DNA of 64,000 nucleotides from positions 12,936 through 76,935 of the forward strand of contig CAWAFG010000047.1 in NCBI GenBank assembly GCA_963781205.1. Reading direction: 5' to 3'. Below, one piece after another: positions 29,661-38,399 of the stretch. Within the stretch, counting starts at the first letter, position 1; each line of letters begins with the position of its first letter. The stretch comes from an uncultured beta proteobacterium. GTDB taxonomy: Bacteria; Pseudomonadota; Gammaproteobacteria; Burkholderiales; Burkholderiaceae_C. A program made the position numbers and the translations under genes. The notes under the pieces are model-generated. The model made no database searches and was not told the DNA's origin. It worked only from the letters and a program-made list of their open reading frames with translations.

Positions 29661-29705
29661 TAGATCAACTCGTTATTTTCGACAAACTCGTTAAGCTGGA
29701 TAACT
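29661..29705. repeat. Degenerate 9-bp tandem array upstream of the antitoxin (putative operator)
   Basis: tagatcaac/tcgttattt/tcgacaaac/tcgttaagc/tggataact; exact AACTCGTTA at 29667 and 29685. Confidence 0.5.
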
Positions 29706-29825
29706 TCAATGCGTGTAGTGGCTACTACGGGCGCCTCCGGTATCGGCAGCCGCCAGACGCTTGAAAAAAGCCAACTTGCATGGAGAACGCCGCACCACCC
29801 AAAGACAAAACTCTAGGAGAAATCG

Positions 29826-29874
29826 GCCTGATGCGCCCGTTCTACCTGCGCAGGCAGCTATCATAAACATAGCA
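29826..29874 (+). repeat. Dispersed 49-bp element, copy 4
   Basis: gcctgat gcgc ccgttctacct gcgcaggca gctat cataaac atagc a. Confidence 0.82.
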
Positions 29875-29917
29875 ACGGGGTGCCAACGAAGTCTTCGGTG
29901 GCGTAGGACGCCCAAGC

Positions 29918-30946
29918 TTATTGGCGGCGCGGCAGTGTCAAAGTCGCCACCAGCCCGCCCGAGGTGGCGTTGCGCAATGCAAGACTGCCACCGTGGCGCA
30001 GGGCAATTTCCAGCGCAATGGACAACCCCAGCCCCACGCCGCCGCTGTTGCGGTTGCGTGACGCCTCCACCCGGTAAAACGGCGCCAGCACTTTGTCCAA
30101 CTCAGCGGGTGGTATGCCGGGGCCTTGATCGTGCACTTCAATGGTGACCTGATCAGGTGCGTCTTTCAAGAGCACTTTGGCGGCACCGCCATAGCGCACG
30201 GCGTTGGACACCAGGTTGTCAACACAGCGCCGCAGCGAGGACGGCTGAGCCATCAAACTGCCGGCCCGGCCACTGAACTCAACCGCGTGCCCTGAGTCCC
30301 GCTGGTCATCGACCAGACTCTCCAGAAGTGAGGTGATGTCCAGACACATCAAGGGCTCGGGGTCCACCGCGCCTCGCAGGTAGTCCAGCGTGCCGGCAAT
30401 CATGGCGTTCATTTCCTGAATATCTTGCGCAAACTGCTGGCGGTCTGCGGCATCGGGCAGGCGTTCTACCCGCAAGGCCAGCCGGGTCAAAGGGGTGCGC
30501 AAGTCATGCGACACAGCGGCCACAAAACGGTCGCGGTCCGCCATTTGCTGGCCAATGCGCCCCTGCATTTGGTTGAACACCCGGATGGTGGCGCGGCATT
30601 CGTCAGGCCCTTCTTCGGCCAGCGGGGGGCGTCGCACGTCAGCACCCAAGCCTTGCGCGGCCTGGGCCAGACTTTGCATGGGGCGGGACAACCAGCGCGC
30701 ACCAATCCAGGCCGCAACAGTCAAGGCCGCCAAACGGACCGAAATATCGATCCATTGACCCGGATGGTTCAGCGGTGGTGGCCCGGGCGGTGGCGGCGGA
30801 CCAAGTGGCCCATGTGGCCCGTGCTCGGGGCGTAACTCAAACAACACCGTGAGGGCCAGCGCATGGCTGAGCAGCCCCATGACAAACAACAGCAAGGCCA
30901 ACCGCCCAAACAGGCTGGTTGGCCAGAACCGACGCAGCCAAGTCAC
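29918..30946 (-). CDS. Sensor histidine kinase (2 TM, HAMP, HisKA, HATPase)
   Basis: H-box SHDLRTPL, N-box NLVSNAVRY, DQGPGI, GVGLGLSI. Likely GTG start at 30946. Confidence 0.92.
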   Translation of the reverse strand: MTWLRRFWPTSLFGRLALLLFVMGLLSHALALTVLFELRPEHGPHGPLGPPPPPGPPPLNHPGQWIDISVRLAALTVAAWIGARWLSRPMQSLAQAAQGLGADVRRPPLAEEGPDECRATIRVFNQMQGRIGQQMADRDRFVAAVSHDLRTPLTRLALRVERLPDAADRQQFAQDIQEMNAMIAGTLDYLRGAVDPEPLMCLDITSLLESLVDDQRDSGHAVEFSGRAGSLMAQPSSLRRCVDNLVSNAVRYGGAAKVLLKDAPDQVTIEVHDQGPGIPPAELDKVLAPFYRVEASRNRNSGGVGLGLSIALEIALRHGGSLALRNATSGGLVATLTLPRRQ

Positions 30947-30948
30947 GC

Positions 30949-31689
30949 TCAGGCGCCCCAAGCCGCGCGGCCCTGGACAGATTGCACGTTAAAAATGTAG
31001 CCTGCCCCCCGCACGGTGCGGATCATCTGGGGCTCGCCAGAGTCGTCGGCCAGCTTTTGGCGCAAGCGTGAGACCAGCAAATCAATGCTGCGCTCAAACA
31101 CCTCCATCGACCGCCCCCGCGCCTGCTCCATGAGCTGGTCGCGGCTGAAAAGGCGCCGGGGTGTCTGCAAAAAAGTGGTGAGAAGCCGGTATTCGGCATT
31201 GGACAAGGCCACAACCAGACCGGTTGGCGAGGTCAGGCAGCGGTCATCGCGGTTCAGCGACCAGCCGTCAAAGTGGATCACATCACTGCGGCTGTATTGG
31301 CTGGCACCCTCATTTTGGTGGCTGGCCCGGCGCAGCACGGTTTGGATGCGCGCCACCAACTCGCGGGGCTCAAACGGCTTGCTCATGTAGTCATCCGCCC
31401 CTGATTCCAGCCCCAGCACCCGGTCATAAGGGTTGGAGCGGGCGGTCAACATGATGACAGGCAACAAGGAGCGCTCCCGCACTTCACGCACCAGCGTCAA
31501 ACCGTCGTCGCCTGGCAGCATCAGGTCCAGCACCACCAAATCAATGGGGTGGGCGGCCAACTGCTCTCGCATGGCCACACCGTCTCCAGCGATGTGGGTT
31601 GTGAAACCAAAGCGCGACAGGTAGTCCGCCATCAACGAGGTGATGCCCTCGTCGTCGTCAACAATCAAAATTTGGGCTGGGTTTGTCAT
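30949..31689 (-). CDS. OmpR family response regulator
   Basis: ILIVDDD, LDLMLPGDDG, GADDYMSKPF, winged helix RSIDLLVSRLRQK..TVRGAGY. Confidence 0.93.
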   Translation of the reverse strand: MTNPAQILIVDDDEGITSLMADYLSRFGFTTHIAGDGVAMREQLAAHPIDLVVLDLMLPGDDGLTLVREVRERSLLPVIMLTARSNPYDRVLGLESGADDYMSKPFEPRELVARIQTVLRRASHQNEGASQYSRSDVIHFDGWSLNRDDRCLTSPTGLVVALSNAEYRLLTTFLQTPRRLFSRDQLMEQARGRSMEVFERSIDLLVSRLRQKLADDSGEPQMIRTVRGAGYIFNVQSVQGRAAWGA

Positions 31690-31911
31690 ATTGAGTTCAT
31701 CAAGCCAAGTCAGTTTAAAAGGCACGTCCGAAAACTAAAGCAAGAACAGCACGCCTGTTACCCCTCATTTCGCGTCATCAACCCGGGCTTCGTATCCACA
31801 TCGGTACAAATCCGACAAACTGGGTTGACAGGGCTTGCCCAAAATGGCCTTGCCCCTCCTGCCGTCGGCTTGGGGAGCTACCTCGCAACCCTGAACTTGA
31901 AAGGAACAACC

Positions 31912-32802
31912 ATGAGCACCCTCAGTGCAGTCAGTGGGTCCAGCTCGGCCTGGGCCCAGATGAGCGCCAACCGGAGCCAGATGCAGGCCAAAATGTTCGC
32001 CAAAGTGGACGCCGACAGCAGTGGCGGCGTCAACCAAACCGAATTGCAAGGTTTGTTGGACGATGTCGCCAGCAAAACCGGTGTCAGCAGCAGCACCAAG
32101 ACGTCGGAGCTGTTCAGCAAGATGGATGGCAACAGCGACGGCAGTCTGTCGTCTGATGAATTGGCCAAGGGCATGGCCAGCATCTTGCCGCCGCCATCCA
32201 CCATGGAGTTTGCGCAATCACGCAGCAGCCAGAGCAGCGGCAGCGACAGCAGCGGCGCCGAAAAATTCGCCAAACTGGACGCTGACGGCAGTGGCACCTT
32301 GAGCAAAGATGAGATGCTGGACCTGATGACCCAAAAAGCATCACAAGGCCCGGGACCCGGTCAGACAAGCGCCGCCAGCACGGACGAGATGTTCTCCAAA
32401 CTGGACTCGAACGGCGACGGCAGCCTGTCACAAGCCGAGTTTGACGCTGGCGCGCCGCCGACCCAGACCCAGGCAAGCAGCGGCACACAAGGTGCAGGCG
32501 GCCCGCCCGGCGCCGGTGGGCCACCCCCTCCCCCGCCCGGTGGTGGACGCAGTGAGTCGACCTCCAGCACGAGCAGTAGCAGCACCACCTATGACTCTCT
32601 GGACCTGAACCAGGACGGCACGGTATCGGAAGCTGAACGCCTGATCGGCGAGCTGACCCAGGTCGCCACCGAGAGCAGCAGCGACAGCACCAGCAGCAGC
32701 TCCAGTGTGGATATGGCCAAGCTGGCCAAAACGCTGTACGACCAGATCGCGGCCAGTTGGGCCCAGTCCAGCAGTGAGTCTTCATTGAGCGTTACCGCCT
32801 GA
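31912..32802 (+). CDS. Ser-rich multi-EF-hand calcium-binding protein (XopAW-like)
   Basis: Five EF loops: DADSSGGVNQTE, DGNSDGSLSSDE, DADGSGTLSKDE, DSNGDGSLSQAE, DLNQDGTVSEAE. AAAGGA SD before ATG 31912. Confidence 0.85.
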   Translation: MSTLSAVSGSSSAWAQMSANRSQMQAKMFAKVDADSSGGVNQTELQGLLDDVASKTGVSSSTKTSELFSKMDGNSDGSLSSDELAKGMASILPPPSTMEFAQSRSSQSSGSDSSGAEKFAKLDADGSGTLSKDEMLDLMTQKASQGPGPGQTSAASTDEMFSKLDSNGDGSLSQAEFDAGAPPTQTQASSGTQGAGGPPGAGGPPPPPPGGGRSESTSSTSSSSTTYDSLDLNQDGTVSEAERLIGELTQVATESSSDSTSSSSSVDMAKLAKTLYDQIAASWAQSSSESSLSVTA

Positions 32803-33287
32803 TGAGACTTGATCAACCGTTCAAGCAGCAAAGCAAGCCCCTTTCTCTGCGCGCTGCATGAACGGTTGATCTGTCCCATGTTGTGGGCCTTGTTTTTACA
32901 TTTGGCCCAGCAAGCTGTCCATATTGACTCCACATTTCCCGATCACTATCGAGCCTGAAATTCATCAACACTGACTGACGCGCTGGCAACGCCACCGCCT
33001 TGGGCCTATGCCAATCGTCGCGCAGTGTTTTTGCCTGTTTAGGCTTGATCAACCTTTCATGCGGTGCCATGAGCCCGTTTCTTTACGAACTGCATGATCG
33101 GTTGATCTGCCCCCTTTTTCAGGCGCCCTGTCTTTGTACAAAGTAGTTGGCGCCTTTGCACCCGACGCACCCTTTGAACGGTTCCACCACGGTGGCATGG
33201 CAAGCAACCATCCATATTGGCTCCACACTTTTCAAGCAATGTGGCGTCTGACATTCATCACCCCTCACTGCTCCAAGGAAACCCACA

Positions 33288-34316
33288 ATGCGTTTTAGCC
33301 CCACAAGATTTCCGACAGGAAGTGCTTTCGCCCTGACCTTGATTGCAGCCCTGATGTTGAGCGCCTGCGGTGGCGGCGGCTCAGAGTCAGCGACGACCAC
33401 CAGCACCACAACGACCAGCACGGCAGTGTCCGCCAACGGCACAAGCACCACCAGTTCATCCGCGGGTGTGGCGTGCGGCTACAGCTACAGCGCCTACAAC
33501 GCGTCGGCCTCCGTCAAGGCCATCAGTACCTCTGCGTGGACCTGCACCACCACAGATAGAGTGCTGGCCGCCAATGGTATTCCTGACCATGAGGTTGGCA
33601 CCTTCCCCAACCCTGACAACCCCAACACCATCACGGCACAGACGGTGTCGGCCACACTCAGCCTGACGCCCGTCTATTCGGGCACGGCCACCCAGCGCGG
33701 CGGGCCGGCCGGCGTGGTCTCGCTCATGCTGAACGGCATCAAGACTGACCCGGGCACTGGCGGTTCCTGCGACGACACCGGTACCGTCTGTAGCCTGGGC
33801 GACCCCAGCGGCACCTGGGGCATTGAGGCACTCACACAGTCCTACTTCAAGTTCGGCACCGACAGCAACAACGCCCACGTGCAACCCGACGGCACCTACC
33901 ACTACCACGGCATGCCCAAAGGCCTGATCACCAAGCTGGGCGGGAGTAGCGCGACGATGACCCTGATCGGCTGGGCCGCCGATGGCTTCCCGGTCTACGC
34001 GCGTTATGGTCACACGGTGGCCGGCGACTCAACTTCGCCATTGAAGGTCATGACCGGCAGCTACCAGACGGTGACAACGGTCAGCGCCACCCGACCCGCA
34101 ACCAGCACCTATGCCTTGGGAACTTTCCGACAAGACTGGGAATACGTCGCCGGCTCAGGCGATCTCGATGAGTGCAATGGCCGCACCGGCGTCACACCTG
34201 AGTTTCCCAACGGCATTTACCACTATTACGCCACCGACACGTACCCCTTTTTGCAGCGTTGCGTCAAAGGAACCGTGGCCTCCACCGGTGCAGGCCTGCC
34301 ACCGCCCCCGCTCTAA
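33288..34316 (+). CDS. YHYH domain lipoprotein
   Basis: Lipobox LSAC, Ser/Thr linker, NGIPDH, NAHVQPDGTYHYH, IGWAADGFPVY, GDLDECNG, YHYY. Confidence 0.88.
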   Translation: MRFSPTRFPTGSAFALTLIAALMLSACGGGGSESATTTSTTTTSTAVSANGTSTTSSSAGVACGYSYSAYNASASVKAISTSAWTCTTTDRVLAANGIPDHEVGTFPNPDNPNTITAQTVSATLSLTPVYSGTATQRGGPAGVVSLMLNGIKTDPGTGGSCDDTGTVCSLGDPSGTWGIEALTQSYFKFGTDSNNAHVQPDGTYHYHGMPKGLITKLGGSSATMTLIGWAADGFPVYARYGHTVAGDSTSPLKVMTGSYQTVTTVSATRPATSTYALGTFRQDWEYVAGSGDLDECNGRTGVTPEFPNGIYHYYATDTYPFLQRCVKGTVASTGAGLPPPPL

Positions 34317-34319
34317 ACC

Positions 34320-35435
34320 ATGCGCCAACTGATCGCCATGGCCGTCTTTTGGTGCGCTGCGCTGTCAAGCGCCAACGCCCACCTGATGCCCGCGCAACGC
34401 GGCACCCTGAATCTGGTTGGTGACGGCGCGTACATGGTGTTGTCGCTGCCAGTCACCGCGCTCAAGAAGGTCGACGACGATGGCGATGCGCGGCTGTCAT
34501 TGACAGAGTTGCGCCAGCACAGCGCAGAGGTGGTGGCGCAGGTGACAGACCAGGTGCGTCTGTCCGACGCCCAGGGCGACCGACCGCTGGATGGCGTCAT
34601 GCTCACCTTGGCGCCTCCTGATGACGCGCCCACCGCCCCAGCCACCCAACTGGTGGTGATGGGCCGCTTCGTTTTGAACGCTTCAGATGGCGCCACATCC
34701 ATGGAGCCGCTTCAGTTCAAAGTGGGCTTGTTTGGTGCGTTGGACGCGGAGAAAAACTACCAAATCACCGTCACCCGACCGGGTCAAAAACAGTTGCTTG
34801 TGCTTCACCCGGATCAAGCCCAGCGGGCTCTTTTCCCCTCAAGCTGGCGCATGTTTGTCGACTTTGTGGTGTTAGGCGCTGAACACATTGCCACCGGGCT
34901 GGACCACCTTCTCTTTTTGCTGGTGGTATTGGCTGCGGGCCTGGGCGCACGGCAGGTACTGCTGGCGCTCACCTGCTTCACACTCGGTCACGCCGCTACG
35001 CTGGCCATCAGCACCTGGTGGGGCGTGGTGGCGTCACCCGCTTTTGTTGAGCCCGCCATTGCCGCCACCATCGTCGGTATGGCCGCGTTCGACACATGGG
35101 CCCGGCACAGGCAACGCTTGGTCGCACCGTGGGTGCGTCTGTCCTTGGTGTTCTTTTGCGCCCTGATTCACGGTTTGGGGTTGGCAGCGGCACTGACCGA
35201 CTTGGGGCTGGACGCAACGTCTCGTCTGCCGAGTTTGGTGGGATTCAATGTCGGCATCGAACTGGCCCAAGTCAGCATCGCATTGCTGGCGATGGCCACC
35301 GTGGCCGCGGCCAGCCGTCTGCGCGGTGGCCAGGATGGCGCAATGTGGCGGCACAAAGCGACCCAGTTGGCATCATTAACCGCGATGACCTTGGGCAGCG
35401 CCTGGTTTGTGCAACGGATCGCTGGGGCGATTTGA
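34320..35435 (+). CDS. HupE/UreJ family membrane protein with N-terminal periplasmic domain
   Basis: Signal ending ANA-H, GAEHIATGLDHLLFL, FTLGHAATL, LIHGLG, FNVGIELAQ; EF-like DDDGDARLSLTE in the N-domain. Confidence 0.85.
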   Translation: MRQLIAMAVFWCAALSSANAHLMPAQRGTLNLVGDGAYMVLSLPVTALKKVDDDGDARLSLTELRQHSAEVVAQVTDQVRLSDAQGDRPLDGVMLTLAPPDDAPTAPATQLVVMGRFVLNASDGATSMEPLQFKVGLFGALDAEKNYQITVTRPGQKQLLVLHPDQAQRALFPSSWRMFVDFVVLGAEHIATGLDHLLFLLVVLAAGLGARQVLLALTCFTLGHAATLAISTWWGVVASPAFVEPAIAATIVGMAAFDTWARHRQRLVAPWVRLSLVFFCALIHGLGLAAALTDLGLDATSRLPSLVGFNVGIELAQVSIALLAMATVAAASRLRGGQDGAMWRHKATQLASLTAMTLGSAWFVQRIAGAI

Positions 35436-35527
35436 GGCCATCGCATTCACCGATCGAGGGCGACACTTGTGCAGTCCGGAAACGAAATGACAGCCTGCCA
35501 CCGCTGCGCGCCTAAATCAGCTTAGCG

Positions 35528-35956
35528 TCACGCCAAAGCTGAAGAGTGGGATGTGGCACTGCGCCCGGTTTGCAGCGCCCTCAGTTCAACCATCGCCTGC
35601 TCTGCCTGGTGCAACGGCACAAAAATGTGGTCGTGGTTCAAACCAGCGACCACGTTGCAGCTGATACCAGCCTGCCCCAGCGCGGTGGCGAAGGCGGCGG
35701 TCAGGCCGACGGCTTCCAGGTCGGAGTTGACATTGAGCGTGATCCAGGCGCAGCGCAACGCAGGCTTGAGCCCGGTCGCTGCGGCGACCGACTCCTCCAG
35801 AACAAGCGACAGGCCTTCCGGCTCTCTGATGGATGCCATGACGTGCGCCGGGTCAATGTGCACCGTGCCATCGCTTTGGGTGAACACGTAAACGCCTGGA
35901 TTGAGCACCGGCTCCATGTGCCGAAGAAGGGTGTCGAGATCTGAAATGGGTGGCAT
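35528..35956 (-). CDS. ACT domain protein (DUF2241-like)
   Basis: DLDTLLRHMEPVL, REPEGLSL, ITLNVNSDLEAVGLTA, ISCNVVAGLNHDHIFV. Confidence 0.8.
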   Translation of the reverse strand: MPPISDLDTLLRHMEPVLNPGVYVFTQSDGTVHIDPAHVMASIREPEGLSLVLEESVAAATGLKPALRCAWITLNVNSDLEAVGLTAAFATALGQAGISCNVVAGLNHDHIFVPLHQAEQAMVELRALQTGRSATSHSSALA

Positions 35957-36055
35957 GGTTTGATGTCCTGCGTTGAAATCCGGTGATTGTCCACAACTGA
36001 ACAAGCGCAGCAAACTGGGAGCCCTGCCCAATCGTTGAACCAGCAGCGACTGAAA

Positions 36056-38002
36056 CTAAGGGGCTTGCAGGGCCACCTTGACCGGCAAACGGGCCAAGGC
36101 GTCCTTCACCGCCGCGTGCAATGCCGCAAAATTCTCGCCCCTCTGATCAGCGGGAATGCTCACCCGGACCCCCTGTTGCGGATCGATCTCGACATTGGCA
36201 GCAGGCGGGTCAGTGATGTTCTGGTCGCGGTAAACCTGCTCAAGCAGCGCCACCACCACGGCCTGGGTGGCCAGTTGGCGCAAATCGGGTTTGAAAATCT
36301 TCCCCACGTTGGTCATTGGCATGGTCGCCAAAATGGTGACGGACCGGGGGCGCGCTGGCGCTTCATCCACCCGAGTGGCAACGAAGTCCAGCAGTTCGGC
36401 CTCGGTCGCACCCGCGCCCGGCACCAGGGTGGCGTACATCACCGGCAACTCACCGGCGTAGGCGTCCGGGGCGCCCACGGCGGCACACAGCTGCACGGCG
36501 GGGTGGGCGCTCAGCGCGTCTTCAATGGTTTTGGGGTCAATATTGTGCCCGCCGCGAATGATCAGGTCTTTGGCCCGGCCGCTCAGGTTCAGGCGCCCTT
36601 CCCCGTCGAGCCAGCCCAGGTCGCCGGTGGCCAGCCAGCCCTCGGGCGTGAACGCGTGCGCGGTATCTGTCGGGTCCAGAAAGCCGGGGAACACATTGGG
36701 CGACTTGAACAGCACCATGCCCTGCTGGCCCACGGGCATGTCGATGTTGGTGGCACCGCCACTGGCGTCCAGCGCGACAACTCGCATGCGCACATAGGGT
36801 GGCGCAAAGCCCACACAGCCGGCCGGCCCCGCCACGCCCGGCGGGGTCACGGTGGAGATGCCGGCCATTTCGGTCATGCCAAAGCTCTCATGCACATGAA
36901 TGCCAAACTGACGCTCAAAGCGCAAACCCAACTCAGCCGGCATGGGCGCCGCGCCGGTGCGGCAATAGCGCACCGATGAAATGTCCGCCTCACCTTGGGG
37001 CACATTGGCCAAGGCGGCCAGCACCGTGGGCACGCCAGACACCGACGTCGCCCGGTATTTTTCAACCAGGCGCCAATAGTTGGCCAGCACGTCACGGTTG
37101 CGCATCAAGCCGGTGGTGGGGATGATGGTTTCAGCCCCGGCCGCCAGGGCTGTGAGTGACCCGGGCAAGACACCCGCCACATGAAAAAGCGGATAGCCAT
37201 TGATGCCCACATCGCTCGGTTGCACGCCTTGCATCATCACGCAGGCCCAGGCGGTGAAGACCTGATTACCATGGCTGTGGCGCGCCAATTTGGGTGCGCC
37301 GGTGGTGCCTCCGGTGTGAAAGTAGGCGGCAATGTCAGTAGGCAAAATATTGCGGCCGCTCACCAAGTGGTCATTGACTTGGGCGGCGCGTGTCGAGCCA
37401 AAGTCGAGCACGCCCGGTGGCAGCGACGGTGCACTGCCCGGCGTTTCATCATGGGGCGCCACGCGCAATACCGTGGCTAGCGTAGGTACTTGTGTGCGCA
37501 AACGCAGCGCTTTGGACCAAAGTTGCGTATCGGCATCGCTGCCATAGGCGATCAACACTTTGGCGCGGGCCACGGTCATCAGCGACACCAACTTCTCGTC
37601 GCTGAGAAGTGGGTTGAGCGGCTGCACAATGCCAGCCGCCTCGCCGCCCCAAAGGGCCAAGTGGTACTCCAGACAACCGGGCAACAGCACCGCAACCGCA
37701 TCGTCTGGACCCACCCCCAGGCTGTGCAACAGGTTCGCCGTTTGATGCACGCCAGCCAGCAAATCGGCATACGACCAACGAATGGGCGCGTCCTCAAGGT
37801 TGGCCGTGCGCAAAAAGGTCAGCGCCGGCTTCTTGCCAAAAGCCCGTGCCGAGTTACACAACAGCGCATAGGTGCTGGGCACGGCCACAGTTTGCGCCAG
37901 AGGCTCGGCGTCCAAACGCCGAACGTCGTGCAGGCTACGAATGGGCGGCGGCGCCACAAAAGGTTGGGTGGCCGCTGAAGGAGGTGTGGGTGGCTTGTTC
38001 AT
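36056..38002 (-). CDS. Acyl-CoA synthetase (AMP-binding)
   Basis: FHTGGTTGAPK, FGMTE, TGDLG, GRAKDLIIRGGHNI, VGKIFK. Confidence 0.9.
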   Translation of the reverse strand: MNKPPTPPSAATQPFVAPPPIRSLHDVRRLDAEPLAQTVAVPSTYALLCNSARAFGKKPALTFLRTANLEDAPIRWSYADLLAGVHQTANLLHSLGVGPDDAVAVLLPGCLEYHLALWGGEAAGIVQPLNPLLSDEKLVSLMTVARAKVLIAYGSDADTQLWSKALRLRTQVPTLATVLRVAPHDETPGSAPSLPPGVLDFGSTRAAQVNDHLVSGRNILPTDIAAYFHTGGTTGAPKLARHSHGNQVFTAWACVMMQGVQPSDVGINGYPLFHVAGVLPGSLTALAAGAETIIPTTGLMRNRDVLANYWRLVEKYRATSVSGVPTVLAALANVPQGEADISSVRYCRTGAAPMPAELGLRFERQFGIHVHESFGMTEMAGISTVTPPGVAGPAGCVGFAPPYVRMRVVALDASGGATNIDMPVGQQGMVLFKSPNVFPGFLDPTDTAHAFTPEGWLATGDLGWLDGEGRLNLSGRAKDLIIRGGHNIDPKTIEDALSAHPAVQLCAAVGAPDAYAGELPVMYATLVPGAGATEAELLDFVATRVDEAPARPRSVTILATMPMTNVGKIFKPDLRQLATQAVVVALLEQVYRDQNITDPPAANVEIDPQQGVRVSIPADQRGENFAALHAAVKDALARLPVKVALQAP

Positions 38003-38345
38003 GGTGTGATTTGGACTTTATGCGCAAACCCACCCCTGACAAGTCACCCACGCGTCCTGCCCTGCAAGGCGCTCCACAAATGCCAAGCGGTAGCGGCGCA
38101 CCCACCGACCAGGCCAGGCCACGTTCAAACAAGGTGGCTTAGGTGTCCGCCCGTTTGCGCTGGTGTTGTGTAAGGCGCAGGGAATCGGCCAGCAGAACGC
38201 AAACTTTCGCCATGACTGCGGGTGCAATCGCTGTCCGAGCCAATTGACCAGCGCCGCCCGTTTGGAACGGTTTGGATGGCCCGGGGTGGGCATCGCTGTC
38301 AGGGACTACGCGCTTCTTGCGCTTCCGGATACGTCACACCCATGA

Positions 38346-38381
38346 AAAACGGCGTTGCGACAACCGTCGCAACGCCGTTTT
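38346..38381 (-). terminator. Rho-independent terminator of clpB
   Basis: 16-bp perfect stem AAAACGGCGTTGCGAC-AACC-GTCGCAACGCCGTTTT. Confidence 0.85.
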
Positions 38382-38399
38382 CATCGGTTTTAAACCGGC

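Noticed and set aside
32803-33287. Short ORFs in the 480-bp gap between the EF-hand and YHYH genes
   Set aside because: No SD, motif or coding-like composition; treated as regulatory or intergenic.
22220-38002. Accessory block as a genomic island or prophage
   Set aside because: No integrase, tRNA target, att repeats, transposase or phage genes were seen; it looks like piecemeal gene gain.
38003-38340. Small ORFs and a GG-N10-GC sigma-54-like sequence upstream of the acyl-CoA synthetase
   Set aside because: The ORFs are unconvincing and the -12 element lacks TTGC, so support is too weak.
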